From NCBI GenBank assembly GCA_038867615.1, contig JAWBYA010000002.1, positions 352,001 to 416,000 on the forward strand: a DNA stretch of 64,000 nt, read 5' to 3'. This document shows, piece by piece, positions 19,354 through 29,145 of the stretch. The DNA comes from Sulfolobales archaeon. Lineage in GTDB: Archaea; Thermoproteota; Thermoprotei_A; Sulfolobales; AG1. Position numbers and translations under genes: made by a program. The notes below the pieces were generated by a model, which saw nothing but the letters and a program-made list of their open reading frames with translations, searched no databases and had not been told where the DNA came from. Within the stretch, counting starts at the first letter, position 1. Each line of letters opens with the position of its first letter.

Positions 19354-22002
19354 ATGAATAGATATAGACAAGGCCGAGCAAAGATCCAGAGGATAGTATT
19401 ATCACTACTCCTACTCCTAGCCCTATTACCAAACATCTCTATGAATATACCCAGCGTGCTGCTTACAAGCGGGGATACACAGCCCAAGATAGGGGATCAG
19501 TGGTTCTTCGAGATCTATAGCAACGAGCGAGTATATAGCCCCCGGGGTCCTGATAACTTCGTCTTAGTAGGCTACACCATAAATACTATTCAGGCAGCTA
19601 GTGGTGGTTACTATACACTCAACCAAACAACATTGAACTCCGATCGTGATGTGATAAACACAGTCCTATATACCCTCTACCCCGACTGGAAGATTAAGGA
19701 GGAGAGACAACCCACGGGATATGGCGAAACAATCGTTTACACCTACAAGCAACCACTACCCTTTGCCTTCATAGTACATCCAAGATCATCACAGGATTCG
19801 GGTAGCATTACCGCGGTGGCTGACAAGTACCAGGAGAGTAGCAGTGGTAGGACTTATCTTGGCAACATAACATATAACCTGAGATACCGTGTTAACGGTA
19901 CCATCCAGGTGGATTTCAAAGGCGTTAAGGTTCCAGCATACATGGTTGTTGAGAGTATAGATTACGAGGAATATGATGTTGAGCAAGGATACTCCAGCGG
20001 CTCTTTAGCGTTAATTTATCTGATCAACAATGACTTCAAACTACCCTTCAGCTACCAGTTCGTGGAAAACATAGAGGGCGTTGATATCGTTAGCAGCAAG
20101 GAAGAGCTGAAGGAATACAGGCTAGATCCTGACCCTATTGCTAAGTATAGAGGAACCACCACATATACCACAACGACTACCACAACCACGACGACCGGGA
20201 CTACCACGACTACATATACGCCGTCAGGGTCTATACAGCCCAAGGTAGGGGATCAGTGGTTTTACAATAGATATAGTAATGAGAGAGTATATAACCCCCA
20301 GGGTCCGGATAACTTCACCTTAACAGCAAACGACATATATACCATCCAGTCAGCAACTGGCGATTATTATATTCTCAACCAAACATCTGTTTTTAATGAG
20401 ACCGGGATCAGGGGAAGAGTTGTGACCATGATCGCCATGTACCCTAACTGGAGCGTTAAAGAGATGGATATATTATTCCTGCTGACTGCTAAAGTCATCT
20501 TCAAGCAACCCATGCCATTCGTGATCCATCCAAGATCGTCCCAGGATTCAGGGAGCATTATCGCAATAGCAGAGACGTATTTGTTTGGCAGCTACACAGG
20601 CAATGTCACATTCTATATAAACTATCGCGTGAATGGCACCACCTGGGTAACGATCAAAGGGGTTAAGGTACCAGCATACATAGTTATCCAAAAAGTCGAT
20701 GTTCAGACGTACACGGTCTCTGAGGGTCAAGAGAGCTATTCCAACGACTCCTACACCGAAGTCTATCTGATTAACAATGATTTCAAACTACCATTCCAAC
20801 GCCAAACTATAAGAACCATCAACGGGGTTGAAGTCGTTACAGAGAAGAGTGAGCTAGTAAGATATAACCTAGACCCAGATCCCATCGCTAAGTATGGAGG
20901 TACAACTACGACTACAACGACAACAACCACGACGATTGCTACGACTACCACAACGACAACAGCTACAACCCCGCCACCGGTTACTACTACAACCACAGCA
21001 ACACCAACGACAACAACTATAGGGCCTGCTCCTAAGAGTTATTATGTGTCTTTCATCCTTAGAAAGGAGGGTAACTATTCGGCTGCAAGTGTTCAGGTGC
21101 CTATAGAGATCACTGATCTTGATTCTGGCGATGTTGTTTCGACGTTCAATCTAACTGGTTCAAGGATTCTGAGGCTTCAGGAGTCTAGCTATGCCATTGC
21201 GGCATTGGTAACCGAGGATGCTACAAGCGATGGTAAGGGTTATTATAGGTTTATCAAGTGGGTTGTTGGTTCAAGGGAGTATACAGACCCTGTATTAGAG
21301 CTAGATCTCAGGCAAAACATAACAATAACAATGGTTATCGAGGTCTATACATTACAAGCCCAGGTACAGCCGGCGCAAACCCAGACAACAACCACAGCGG
21401 CAACGACAACAACACAGACCCCGAGAAACACAACAACCACAAGAACAGAGGTGGTGACGCCGCCTAGAACAACAGCACAGACAATACCAGGGAGTGGGGA
21501 TACAGGCAAAGGCAGTGGAGGCGATATAGGTGCAATACCACCCCCACAGGCAACCCAGACACAGGCCTGGTACTCTAACCCGCTTATAATAGGCTCCATA
21601 GCTGGTGGTGGCGCAGCAGCGATAGCCCTCTTTATACTGAAGAAGAGAAATACACTCAGAAGAGACGGCTATGCTAGGCCGGCTCCACCACCCCCACCAC
21701 CTCCTACTCCCTACGTCCCTCCACCCCAACCCACAACTCAGCAAGCCCAAACACCGCTGCCTCAACAACCACATGTCTCTCAAGCTCCTCCACAGCCATC
21801 AACCCAGCTGGGGATCATATGTCCTGTCTGTGGATATCAGAACCCGCCTTCGGCTAGGTTCTGCAGAAGCTGTGGATCCCAGTTACAACAGCTGCAACAG
21901 GCAGCACAGACTGGAGGGCAGAGGATATGCCCCCACTGTGGAACGCCTATAAGTTCTGCAACTGCCAAGTTCTGTCCTAAATGCGGTTCTAGGCTATCCT
22001 AG
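19354..22002 (+). CDS. Thr-rich membrane-anchored surface protein with duplicated ~225 aa domain and two cytoplasmic Zn-ribbons
   Basis: Signal peptide, two QPKxGDQWF...DPDPIAKY repeats and poly-Thr linkers. TM followed by KKR and a poly-Pro tract, then CPVC..CRSC and CPHC..CPKC. Confidence 0.88.
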   Translation: MNRYRQGRAKIQRIVLSLLLLLALLPNISMNIPSVLLTSGDTQPKIGDQWFFEIYSNERVYSPRGPDNFVLVGYTINTIQAASGGYYTLNQTTLNSDRDVINTVLYTLYPDWKIKEERQPTGYGETIVYTYKQPLPFAFIVHPRSSQDSGSITAVADKYQESSSGRTYLGNITYNLRYRVNGTIQVDFKGVKVPAYMVVESIDYEEYDVEQGYSSGSLALIYLINNDFKLPFSYQFVENIEGVDIVSSKEELKEYRLDPDPIAKYRGTTTYTTTTTTTTTTGTTTTTYTPSGSIQPKVGDQWFYNRYSNERVYNPQGPDNFTLTANDIYTIQSATGDYYILNQTSVFNETGIRGRVVTMIAMYPNWSVKEMDILFLLTAKVIFKQPMPFVIHPRSSQDSGSIIAIAETYLFGSYTGNVTFYINYRVNGTTWVTIKGVKVPAYIVIQKVDVQTYTVSEGQESYSNDSYTEVYLINNDFKLPFQRQTIRTINGVEVVTEKSELVRYNLDPDPIAKYGGTTTTTTTTTTTIATTTTTTTATTPPPVTTTTTATPTTTTIGPAPKSYYVSFILRKEGNYSAASVQVPIEITDLDSGDVVSTFNLTGSRILRLQESSYAIAALVTEDATSDGKGYYRFIKWVVGSREYTDPVLELDLRQNITITMVIEVYTLQAQVQPAQTQTTTTAATTTTQTPRNTTTTRTEVVTPPRTTAQTIPGSGDTGKGSGGDIGAIPPPQATQTQAWYSNPLIIGSIAGGGAAAIALFILKKRNTLRRDGYARPAPPPPPPPTPYVPPPQPTTQQAQTPLPQQPHVSQAPPQPSTQLGIICPVCGYQNPPSARFCRSCGSQLQQLQQAAQTGGQRICPHCGTPISSATAKFCPKCGSRLS
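19480..20903 (+). repeat. Intragenic tandem domain duplication (~19480-20157 and ~20236-20903)
   Basis: Shared blocks CAGCCCAAG.TAGGGGATCAGTGG, CATCCAAGATC.TC.CAGGATTC and AACAATGA.TTCAAACTACC occur in both halves. Confidence 0.9.
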
Positions 22003-24500
22003 AGGTTTTTATCCCTCCTGATACTTGATATTTGTTTTTTCAGCCTCTCTATGAATAGGCGTGCTTCTTCTTCTCTCCCCTTTGCAGCGTTTTCAAGCAT
22101 ATCTAGTGTTTGGGCTAGTATATCCTCGCCCCTCTTTTTCATACTATCTATACTCCATAGGATGGCTCCACAGATAGCCATCACATAGATCTTTCTATAA
22201 AAGCTACATCTATGGATATTACCAAGGCTCCATGCAACATCTTCCGAAGGATCTTCGCCTCTTAGATACTTAACCAACGCCCTACCAGTTCTAGCAAGCA
22301 CTAATGGTTCGCCCATCTTGATCTTGTTATTAGTCATGATCTCCTCGGCCTTGTCTAGATCTCTCTCGCCAGCCTCTAGATCTCCTAAGAGGAGCTTTGA
22401 TATTGACATATCTATATATATGCTAGCCTCTAAATATGGGTAGCCGGGCCCTAGGATTGTTGCTGCTTTTTCAAGCATCTCCACAGAGCCCTTAAGATCC
22501 GCTAACATGAAGAGGGTGCTAGCCAACTCTTTATACCCTATCGCCAGGCTATGCTTCGCACCGAGATCCTCAAAGATCTTCATGGCCGTTTTAAGGGAAT
22601 CGATGGAATCCCCATACCTAAGCATAAGCCTATAAGCCATGCTAAGCCATCCCCTAGCCAGTGCTTCTCCAAACCTATTCCCAAAGACCATGTATCTCTT
22701 CACAATATGCTCAAGAATCTCTACAGCCTTCTCTAGATCCCCCATCTGCTGGTAAGTAGCTGCAATGTTATAGAGAGCACTATCACGGGCCTCACGATCC
22801 CTGAGTTCCATTGACATCCTTAAAGCTTGGTTGAGCTCTCTAAGCGATTCTTCATATCTATCCAAATGTCTGTATATAATACCCATCTCGATCTTAACTC
22901 GGAGCAAGAGTCTCTTGGAATAAGCCTCACCTATCTCCCTAGCCCTTTCAAGATGATCCAGGCTGCTCCACGGATCTCCTCTAAGCTTCTCAACAATAGC
23001 CAGAGCAAGCTCAAACCAGCCGAGGTTTGTGGGGCTTTTCCACCTAACCGTATTTCTCGAAATCTTGTTGAGCACCTCGCCATATAGATGCAGACCGATC
23101 TTTCCTTGACTGATCGACTCAACAAGTTTGGGGAGCATCTCAGCAGCCTCTTCATACATGCCAGCATCTACATAGTGTTTCATAGCTACTAGATAGTCCT
23201 CGACGTATCCTCTAGATCTATGGTATGAGGCTATAATAGCGTGAAGCTCCTCGGGATCCTCTGTAACCCGTGCACATGTCTCTCTGATAAGCTCGTTAGC
23301 AGTATATCCTTCCCCTAACCTCTTGACCAGAAACATTCTCTCAAGCGTGCGGACAGCCTGTTTCGGATCGCTGATCCTGAGAAGCTTGATCATTGAGAAA
23401 GGCACTGGCCTCTCCGCTATCGAGATCAGCTCCAATACTCTACGCTCATCAGGAGATAATGCATCTATAACCTCGCTTACTATATATTCCATGGTTTTTG
23501 AGATCGCCTCGGAGCCTCTATGGCTCTTTAGTAATGATGAGTATAGCAATAACAGGTGGGGATGCCCACCAAATACGCTATAGAACCTCTCGAAATCCTC
23601 CAGCGATAAGCCTACCCTTTCAGCAAGGTCTCTAGCCTCTCCATACCCCATACCCCTCACCTCTATTGATGCACATCTTCCCAGGCAGTCTCTAGGCATC
23701 GTTCTCGATATTATGATCAGTTTGCTCTTGATCCTCCCAAGCTCTGATACGGACTTAACAAGATCGTGTATAACGGGATCGGTGTTTAGGTGATAGTCAT
23801 CAATAACTATAACCAGCTCCCTTGTCGAAAGCTCCTCAAGCAATAGGTTCATTAAGAGCCTCTCATCAGTAACACCACTATCAAGGGCTTCTAGTAGTCT
23901 TGGATATCCCAGTAAGTTGAGGAAGAGCGAGATCCTTCTAAGAAGCTGTATGAACGTGATCCCCCTATAGATCTGGTTCCAAAGCACAGGGATCTTAGAG
24001 TCGCTCAGAGCCCTAGCCACTAGAGAGGTTTTCCCTATCCCTGCAATGCCTACTACAAAAACAGGGTTTCCAACAGCCTTTTTCAAAGCATCTATATAGC
24101 TATCTCTACCCACGAAAACAGGTGTAGGGGGTGGGAGGAAATACATGTCATGCGCGGCTTTCCCGCCAGGCCTGCCAAGATCTATGCTAACGCCCCCAGC
24201 ACCTACCCTGATCAAGATCTCAGGGGATCTAGCATAGTAGAGCTTAACATTAACACCCTCCCTTCTAACCCACCTACCCTCTACCAAACCGAGCTTCTCT
24301 AGCTTAGAGAGCCTTCTAGATACTGCTGTCTCATCAGCACCTAAAACTGTGCTGAGCTTCCTGGGGTTAGATGGCATTGAGGAGAGCACAATTAAGATCT
24401 TTAGCGATAAATCATCGGCTAGCGTGGAAAGGATCTCACCGGATCTCTCACGCCCCTCCTCGCTCCTGGGATTGTCGCTAATCATCTCGTTCGGAGCCAC
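21999..24500 (-). CDS. ArsR-type HTH + STAND NTPase + TPR regulator (PH0952/MalT-like architecture)
   Basis: N-terminal wHTH (VSRRLSKLEKLGLV), FVGR, Walker A GIAGIGKT, Walker B IVIDDYH and GGHP (GxP motif), followed by many TPRs. Confidence 0.88.
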   Translation of the reverse strand: MAPNEMISDNPRSEEGRERSGEILSTLADDLSLKILIVLSSMPSNPRKLSTVLGADETAVSRRLSKLEKLGLVEGRWVRREGVNVKLYYARSPEILIRVGAGGVSIDLGRPGGKAAHDMYFLPPPTPVFVGRDSYIDALKKAVGNPVFVVGIAGIGKTSLVARALSDSKIPVLWNQIYRGITFIQLLRRISLFLNLLGYPRLLEALDSGVTDERLLMNLLLEELSTRELVIVIDDYHLNTDPVIHDLVKSVSELGRIKSKLIIISRTMPRDCLGRCASIEVRGMGYGEARDLAERVGLSLEDFERFYSVFGGHPHLLLLYSSLLKSHRGSEAISKTMEYIVSEVIDALSPDERRVLELISIAERPVPFSMIKLLRISDPKQAVRTLERMFLVKRLGEGYTANELIRETCARVTEDPEELHAIIASYHRSRGYVEDYLVAMKHYVDAGMYEEAAEMLPKLVESISQGKIGLHLYGEVLNKISRNTVRWKSPTNLGWFELALAIVEKLRGDPWSSLDHLERAREIGEAYSKRLLLRVKIEMGIIYRHLDRYEESLRELNQALRMSMELRDREARDSALYNIAATYQQMGDLEKAVEILEHIVKRYMVFGNRFGEALARGWLSMAYRLMLRYGDSIDSLKTAMKIFEDLGAKHSLAIGYKELASTLFMLADLKGSVEMLEKAATILGPGYPYLEASIYIDMSISKLLLGDLEAGERDLDKAEEIMTNNKIKMGEPLVLARTGRALVKYLRGEDPSEDVAWSLGNIHRCSFYRKIYVMAICGAILWSIDSMKKRGEDILAQTLDMLENAAKGREEEARLFIERLKKQISSIRRDKNL

Positions 24501-24614
24501 CGCCTGACTCTTTAATAACTAACCTTCTATATATATAACGAGATAATATATGATAACATCACTTGCTCGAAAGCGGGTTATAACTGTCCTAGCGATAGAT
24601 ATACCAGAGGGTAT

Positions 24615-25745
24615 ATGAAGCAAGCAGAACTATATAGAAAGCTTGAAGATAAGCGGGTTGAGTGCCTAGCCTGTGCGAGGAGGTGCAGGCTAGCCCCGGG
24701 ACAGATAGGTTTCTGTGGGGTTAGGGGTAACAAGGAGGGGGAGTTATATTTATTGGTATATGGTAAGGTTATAGCGATGCATGTAGATCCTATTGAGAAG
24801 AAGCCTTTAAGCCACTTCCACCCAGGATCGATGGTTCTCTCGATAGCCACTACAGGTTGTAGCTGGGCATGTATGTATTGCCAGAACTTCGATATATCCC
24901 AAAGGAGGGTTGTAGAGGGTTTCGAGGTATCGCCAGAGGAGATTGTCGACATAGCTTTGAAGGTGGGCGCACAGGGGATAACGTATACCTATAACGAGCC
25001 AAGCATCTTCGCCGAGTTTGCCCACGATGTTGGGGTTGCTGCTCACAAGAGGGGTCTTTTCAACAATTTCGTCTCTAACGGCTATCTAACGGATGAGGCT
25101 GTTGACTATTTATCAAAATTCCTCGATGCTATTACAGTTGATTTTAAAGGGAATGCCGATGATACCTTCGCAAGGAAATTCATACTTATACCAAGCTATA
25201 AACCTGTTTTCGATGCTCTCTTGGAGCTTAAGAGGAAGAAGATCCACATAGAGATCACAGATCTAGTGATTCCGAAGGTTGGAGACGATCTGGAGAAGGC
25301 CAGAAAGCTTGTGAAATGGATCCACGATAACCTTGGTCCCGAGACACCTATCCATTTCCTAAGATTCCACCCCGACTACAAGATGATGGATTACCCCTGG
25401 ACCCCTATAGAGACTCTTGAGAAGCATATCAAAATAGCTAGGGAGGAGGGGATGAAATATGTCTATATAGGCAACGTACCAGGCCATCCAGATGAGCACA
25501 CATACTGTCCAAAATGCGGTAATGTAGTGATAGAGAGATACGGCTTCGAGATAGTGAGTTGGAGACTTACGAAAGATAATAGGTGTAGATTCTGTGGCGA
25601 GAAAATACCAATAGTAGGAACGCTCCACGAGACATATAGGGATAACAGGTTTTTCCCAATACCGATCTATAGGCTTAAGAGATTCGAAAGAGTAGATGCC
25701 AAAAAGATCTTGACATCGTCGAAGGAGCAGAGCAAGCGCAACTGA
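24615..25745 (+). CDS. AmmeMemoRadiSam-type radical SAM enzyme (PflA-like)
   Basis: [40 protein letters not shown] and TYCPKCG. Confidence 0.92.
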   Translation: MKQAELYRKLEDKRVECLACARRCRLAPGQIGFCGVRGNKEGELYLLVYGKVIAMHVDPIEKKPLSHFHPGSMVLSIATTGCSWACMYCQNFDISQRRVVEGFEVSPEEIVDIALKVGAQGITYTYNEPSIFAEFAHDVGVAAHKRGLFNNFVSNGYLTDEAVDYLSKFLDAITVDFKGNADDTFARKFILIPSYKPVFDALLELKRKKIHIEITDLVIPKVGDDLEKARKLVKWIHDNLGPETPIHFLRFHPDYKMMDYPWTPIETLEKHIKIAREEGMKYVYIGNVPGHPDEHTYCPKCGNVVIERYGFEIVSWRLTKDNRCRFCGEKIPIVGTLHETYRDNRFFPIPIYRLKRFERVDAKKILTSSKEQSKRN

Positions 25746-25785
25746 TCTATAAAAGCTTATAATCAAGCTAACACTATCACACATT

Positions 25786-26127
25786 GTGATGAGCTTGGTG
25801 AAAGTTTTGCTCTTAATCATGTCAGGCGACGAAAAAGCAGATCTTGGAGTTAGGTTCGCCTATAGATCAATAGAGAATCAGAGGTTCGAAGACCTGAAAG
25901 TCATATTCTTCGGCCCTAGCCAGAAGAGGATCCTAGAGTACAGTGGTGAGATGAAGAAAATGCTGGATGAACTAAAGAAAAGAGGAGCTGTCGATGCTGC
26001 ATGTATAGGCGTAGCCAAGGATCTAGGGATCGAAAAGCCTCTGGAAGATCTCGGGCTCGCCTTAGTACCTGTGGGCAATAGAATCAAGTATTTCTTAGAA
26101 AAAGGATACCAGGTTATATCTTTCTAG
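25786..26127 (+). CDS. DsrE family protein
   Basis: KVIFFGPS...AACIGVA motif; ~110 aa. Confidence 0.8.
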   Translation: MMSLVKVLLLIMSGDEKADLGVRFAYRSIENQRFEDLKVIFFGPSQKRILEYSGEMKKMLDELKKRGAVDAACIGVAKDLGIEKPLEDLGLALVPVGNRIKYFLEKGYQVISF

Positions 26128-26129
26128 CA

Positions 26130-26420
26130 CTATTTAGTAGCAAGCTCCTGCTCGGTTTTTCTCCTCTTAACGGCGGCGTCAAACACTATCCAGTTTCTAT
26201 ACCACTCCTCGTTTTCCCTCCTCAAGAGCTCTAGAACCATTCTAGTAAGATCTTTTGCAGATACCTCCTTAACACCTTGATCTAGAAGCCTTCCCTCAAT
26301 TATTTTAGCGATCTTTCTAGCGGCATCAAGCGTAGCCCCTGCCTTCATACAGCTCACAACGATTTTTTCGAACACGAATTCCTCCTTACTACCATCTCTT
26401 TTTACAACATATATGGTCAA
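26130..26420 (-). CDS. Stand-alone ATP-cone domain protein
   Basis: VVKRDGSKEEF..EKI..S..KAG ATP-cone signature. Confidence 0.88.
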   Translation of the reverse strand: MTIYVVKRDGSKEEFVFEKIVVSCMKAGATLDAARKIAKIIEGRLLDQGVKEVSAKDLTRMVLELLRRENEEWYRNWIVFDAAVKRRKTEQELATK

Positions 26421-26791
26421 GACCCGATCACCATAACAATATCTTCAATTAAAAATATATCTATCATACTAATGTATCATAGATCCTTGACAATAATAAG
26501 ACACACATGCCATAGCCCCGCGCTCTGCCCTAATAAGCTGATTTCTATGTCAACCCTTGATTGGTTGAAGAATACCACTTAGGCGGAAAGAGCTTATCCT
26601 AGAGATCTTCATATCGCTTGGCTCAGCGTTAGCATCACGAACGTGTGATAGAGCTTCCTTAGAGTATGTAAGAGTTTTTAGATGGGATGTAGAAGTATGT
26701 AGAAGAAAACAAATAATATCAACAAATATCAAGAGACAAACAGATAACAACATATATCTGACTAGTATGAACTATATACTGGTGGTTTGAA

Positions 26792-27985
26792 ATACTGGTA
26801 TTCGCACTCGTGAAAGGAGTTCCAGCGAACACAGCAAGGGTTGTGACTGTAGGCGGTATCCTGAGGAGGGAGGAGATGGATATAGTTCTGAATCCTTATG
26901 ATAGGAAAACAATCGAGGCTGCTGATTATATGAGGAGAAGGGTTGGGGGAAAGCTTGTGGCAATGTCTATGGGTCCCCACCCAAAGATCATACCTATAAT
27001 GAGAGAGATCTTCGATGCAGAGGTTTCTGGAATAGATGAGGCATATATATTAAGCGACAAGAGAATGGCTGGTGCTGATACATGGGCTACATCATATACG
27101 CTCTCTAGAGGGATCTTAAAAGTATTATCTATACATAGAGAAGCGGTTGAGATGCTGGCTAACGCCATAGAATCTGGCGAGGCTATAGATAAGGTTGAGG
27201 CCCTAGCAACAGATCTATATAGGAGGAACCTTATACCCAACAAGATCTATAGTGATAAGCCATCAATAAGGGATACCCTTATTAATATGCTTAGAGAGGG
27301 AAAGATCTCTAGGAGCGATGCTGTAGAGCTCCTCAAGGAGGAGGCGAAGAGAGTTACAACGAACTTCGTTATTTTCTGTGGGATGAAAGCAGCTGATGGA
27401 GAGACTGGTAACGTTGGCCCCCAGGTTGCTGAGGCCCTTTCACAGGAGCTTGGGCTCACAATACCCCATGCGTCCTTTGTGGTTGATTATGAGTATATCG
27501 GTGAGAGGAACTCTCTCCTAGTTAAGAGGAGGCTCATAAACGTCATGCAGATCATAGAGTTAGATCTCCCGTCTGTTCTAACAATACATGTAGACTACTC
27601 AGCACCGCCTGTACCTCTCTCTGGCAGGAGAGCTTCTCTTATGAATTCATATAGGGGCAAAAACACCAATATAACTATATGGTCTGCTGACGATATAAAG
27701 GCTGATCCAAGATATATAGGACTTGCTGGATCGCCAACCGTGGTTGGCCCAGGTATTGATATTGGTAGACCTCATGTTAGAAAGATTGTTGGATTATCTA
27801 TCATAGCTGCCAAGGATATCGATAAGATCAGCTATGGTGATAAGACCTATGGTCCCTTCAAAAAAGGAGATCTTCTTGACAGCCTGCCCGAGGATCTTAA
27901 GAGGGATCTAGCAGCAAAGGGGCTGGCTAAGACCTTTGATTACGAGGATCTTGCTGAAGAGATCATAAACATATTGAGGGGGTAG
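26792..27985 (+). CDS. fixA: Electron transfer flavoprotein beta subunit (FixA-like) with helical insertion
   Basis: ILVFALVKGVP, NPYD, SMGP, GADTWAT, DGETGNVGP and GLAGSPT. Start uncertain (non-canonical codon or GTG 26810). Confidence 0.88.
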   Translation: MLVFALVKGVPANTARVVTVGGILRREEMDIVLNPYDRKTIEAADYMRRRVGGKLVAMSMGPHPKIIPIMREIFDAEVSGIDEAYILSDKRMAGADTWATSYTLSRGILKVLSIHREAVEMLANAIESGEAIDKVEALATDLYRRNLIPNKIYSDKPSIRDTLINMLREGKISRSDAVELLKEEAKRVTTNFVIFCGMKAADGETGNVGPQVAEALSQELGLTIPHASFVVDYEYIGERNSLLVKRRLINVMQIIELDLPSVLTIHVDYSAPPVPLSGRRASLMNSYRGKNTNITIWSADDIKADPRYIGLAGSPTVVGPGIDIGRPHVRKIVGLSIIAAKDIDKISYGDKTYGPFKKGDLLDSLPEDLKRDLAAKGLAKTFDYEDLAEEIINILRG

Positions 27986-27993
27986 ATGGTTCT

Positions 27994-29145
27994 ATGCAGC
28001 CGCAAAACCGGCAGGCACCGACTCTCAACATGCTTCCATCAACTCCAGATATAGAGAGCTATAGGGATGTCTGGACATTCGTCGAGATCTTTAGAGGAGA
28101 ACTGATAAGCTATAGCCTTGAGGGGATAGCTGCTGCTAAAAAGATAGCTTCTAAGGTTGGCATGAAAGTAGGGGCTCTCGTAGCTGGCGATAAAGTTAGC
28201 GATGATATTGCTAAAACACTGATAGAACACGGCGCAGACTATGTAGTTGCTGTAGAACACCAATACCTAGCTGATTACGAGCCCCTCGCCTATACCGAGG
28301 CTTTGGAAGAGATTGTGAGGCTTAGGAAGCCGTGGGCTCTTATATTTATGGCCGATGAGGTGGGCAGAGATCTAGCCCCAAGACTTGCCTACAGGCTTGT
28401 CACAGGGCTTGCTACAGATAATATTGATTTCGATGTCGAGGACTTTTTCCACGGACTCTTGAAAGAGAAGTTCTCAAACATACTGGCTCAGATAAGGCCT
28501 GACTTTGCTACAAGGATAGCTAAGATATATACGCCGAGACATAGACCCCAGATAGCGTCTCTCCGACCGGGCTCTTTCAAACCACTCCAGAGAGATCCAT
28601 CTAGGGTTGGGGATGTATATAGATACACACCAGCACTTAAAAATTACCAGAAGAAAGTAAGGATCGTGGACTACGAGAAGATCGAGGATAGAGGCGCTGA
28701 GCTCCTAAGCGCGAAGTTGATAGTGGGTCTAGGGCTAGGGATCTTGAGGGATGCCGAGGGAAACGCCAAGAACCCTCTAGAGGCTGTCGACATGGCTAAA
28801 AAGATCCTAGATCTTGTCAGAAGAAAACTCGGTGTGGAGACAGCACTGGGAGCTTCTAGAGCACTTATACATGCAGATGTAAAGGAGCTGAGGGAGATCA
28901 TAACACACGATATACAGATCGGACAGACCGGAAAGACAGTATCGCCCAAGGTATATATAGCTGCTGGTATAAGTGGTGCGATACAACATAGAGTAGGGAT
29001 CCTGAGGGCCGGCAGTGTGGTTGCCATAAATATAGACTCCAGAGCACCGATACACGAGATAGCTCACTACTCAATAATAGAAGACCTATATAGAGCCTTA
29101 CCTAAGCTTTACGAGGCGTTGCAGAAAAAGCTTGAGAGTAGGTGA
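27994..29145 (+). CDS. fixB: Electron transfer flavoprotein alpha subunit (FixB-like)
   Basis: GRDLAPRLA, GASRA, QIGQTGKTVSP, GISGAIQH and AINID..API motifs. Confidence 0.93.
   Translation: MQPQNRQAPTLNMLPSTPDIESYRDVWTFVEIFRGELISYSLEGIAAAKKIASKVGMKVGALVAGDKVSDDIAKTLIEHGADYVVAVEHQYLADYEPLAYTEALEEIVRLRKPWALIFMADEVGRDLAPRLAYRLVTGLATDNIDFDVEDFFHGLLKEKFSNILAQIRPDFATRIAKIYTPRHRPQIASLRPGSFKPLQRDPSRVGDVYRYTPALKNYQKKVRIVDYEKIEDRGAELLSAKLIVGLGLGILRDAEGNAKNPLEAVDMAKKILDLVRRKLGVETALGASRALIHADVKELREIITHDIQIGQTGKTVSPKVYIAAGISGAIQHRVGILRAGSVVAINIDSRAPIHEIAHYSIIEDLYRALPKLYEALQKKLESR

Noticed and set aside
20155-21480. ACN-rich short repeats
   Set aside because: They encode poly-Thr linkers with mixed codons; they are not CRISPR or a microsatellite switch. 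No CRISPR array is seen anywhere in the window.
26612-26650. CGCTTGGCTCAGCG..CACGA resembling the 'LGST..HD' part of the dispersed element
   Set aside because: Similarity is too short and the hairpin and right boundary are missing.
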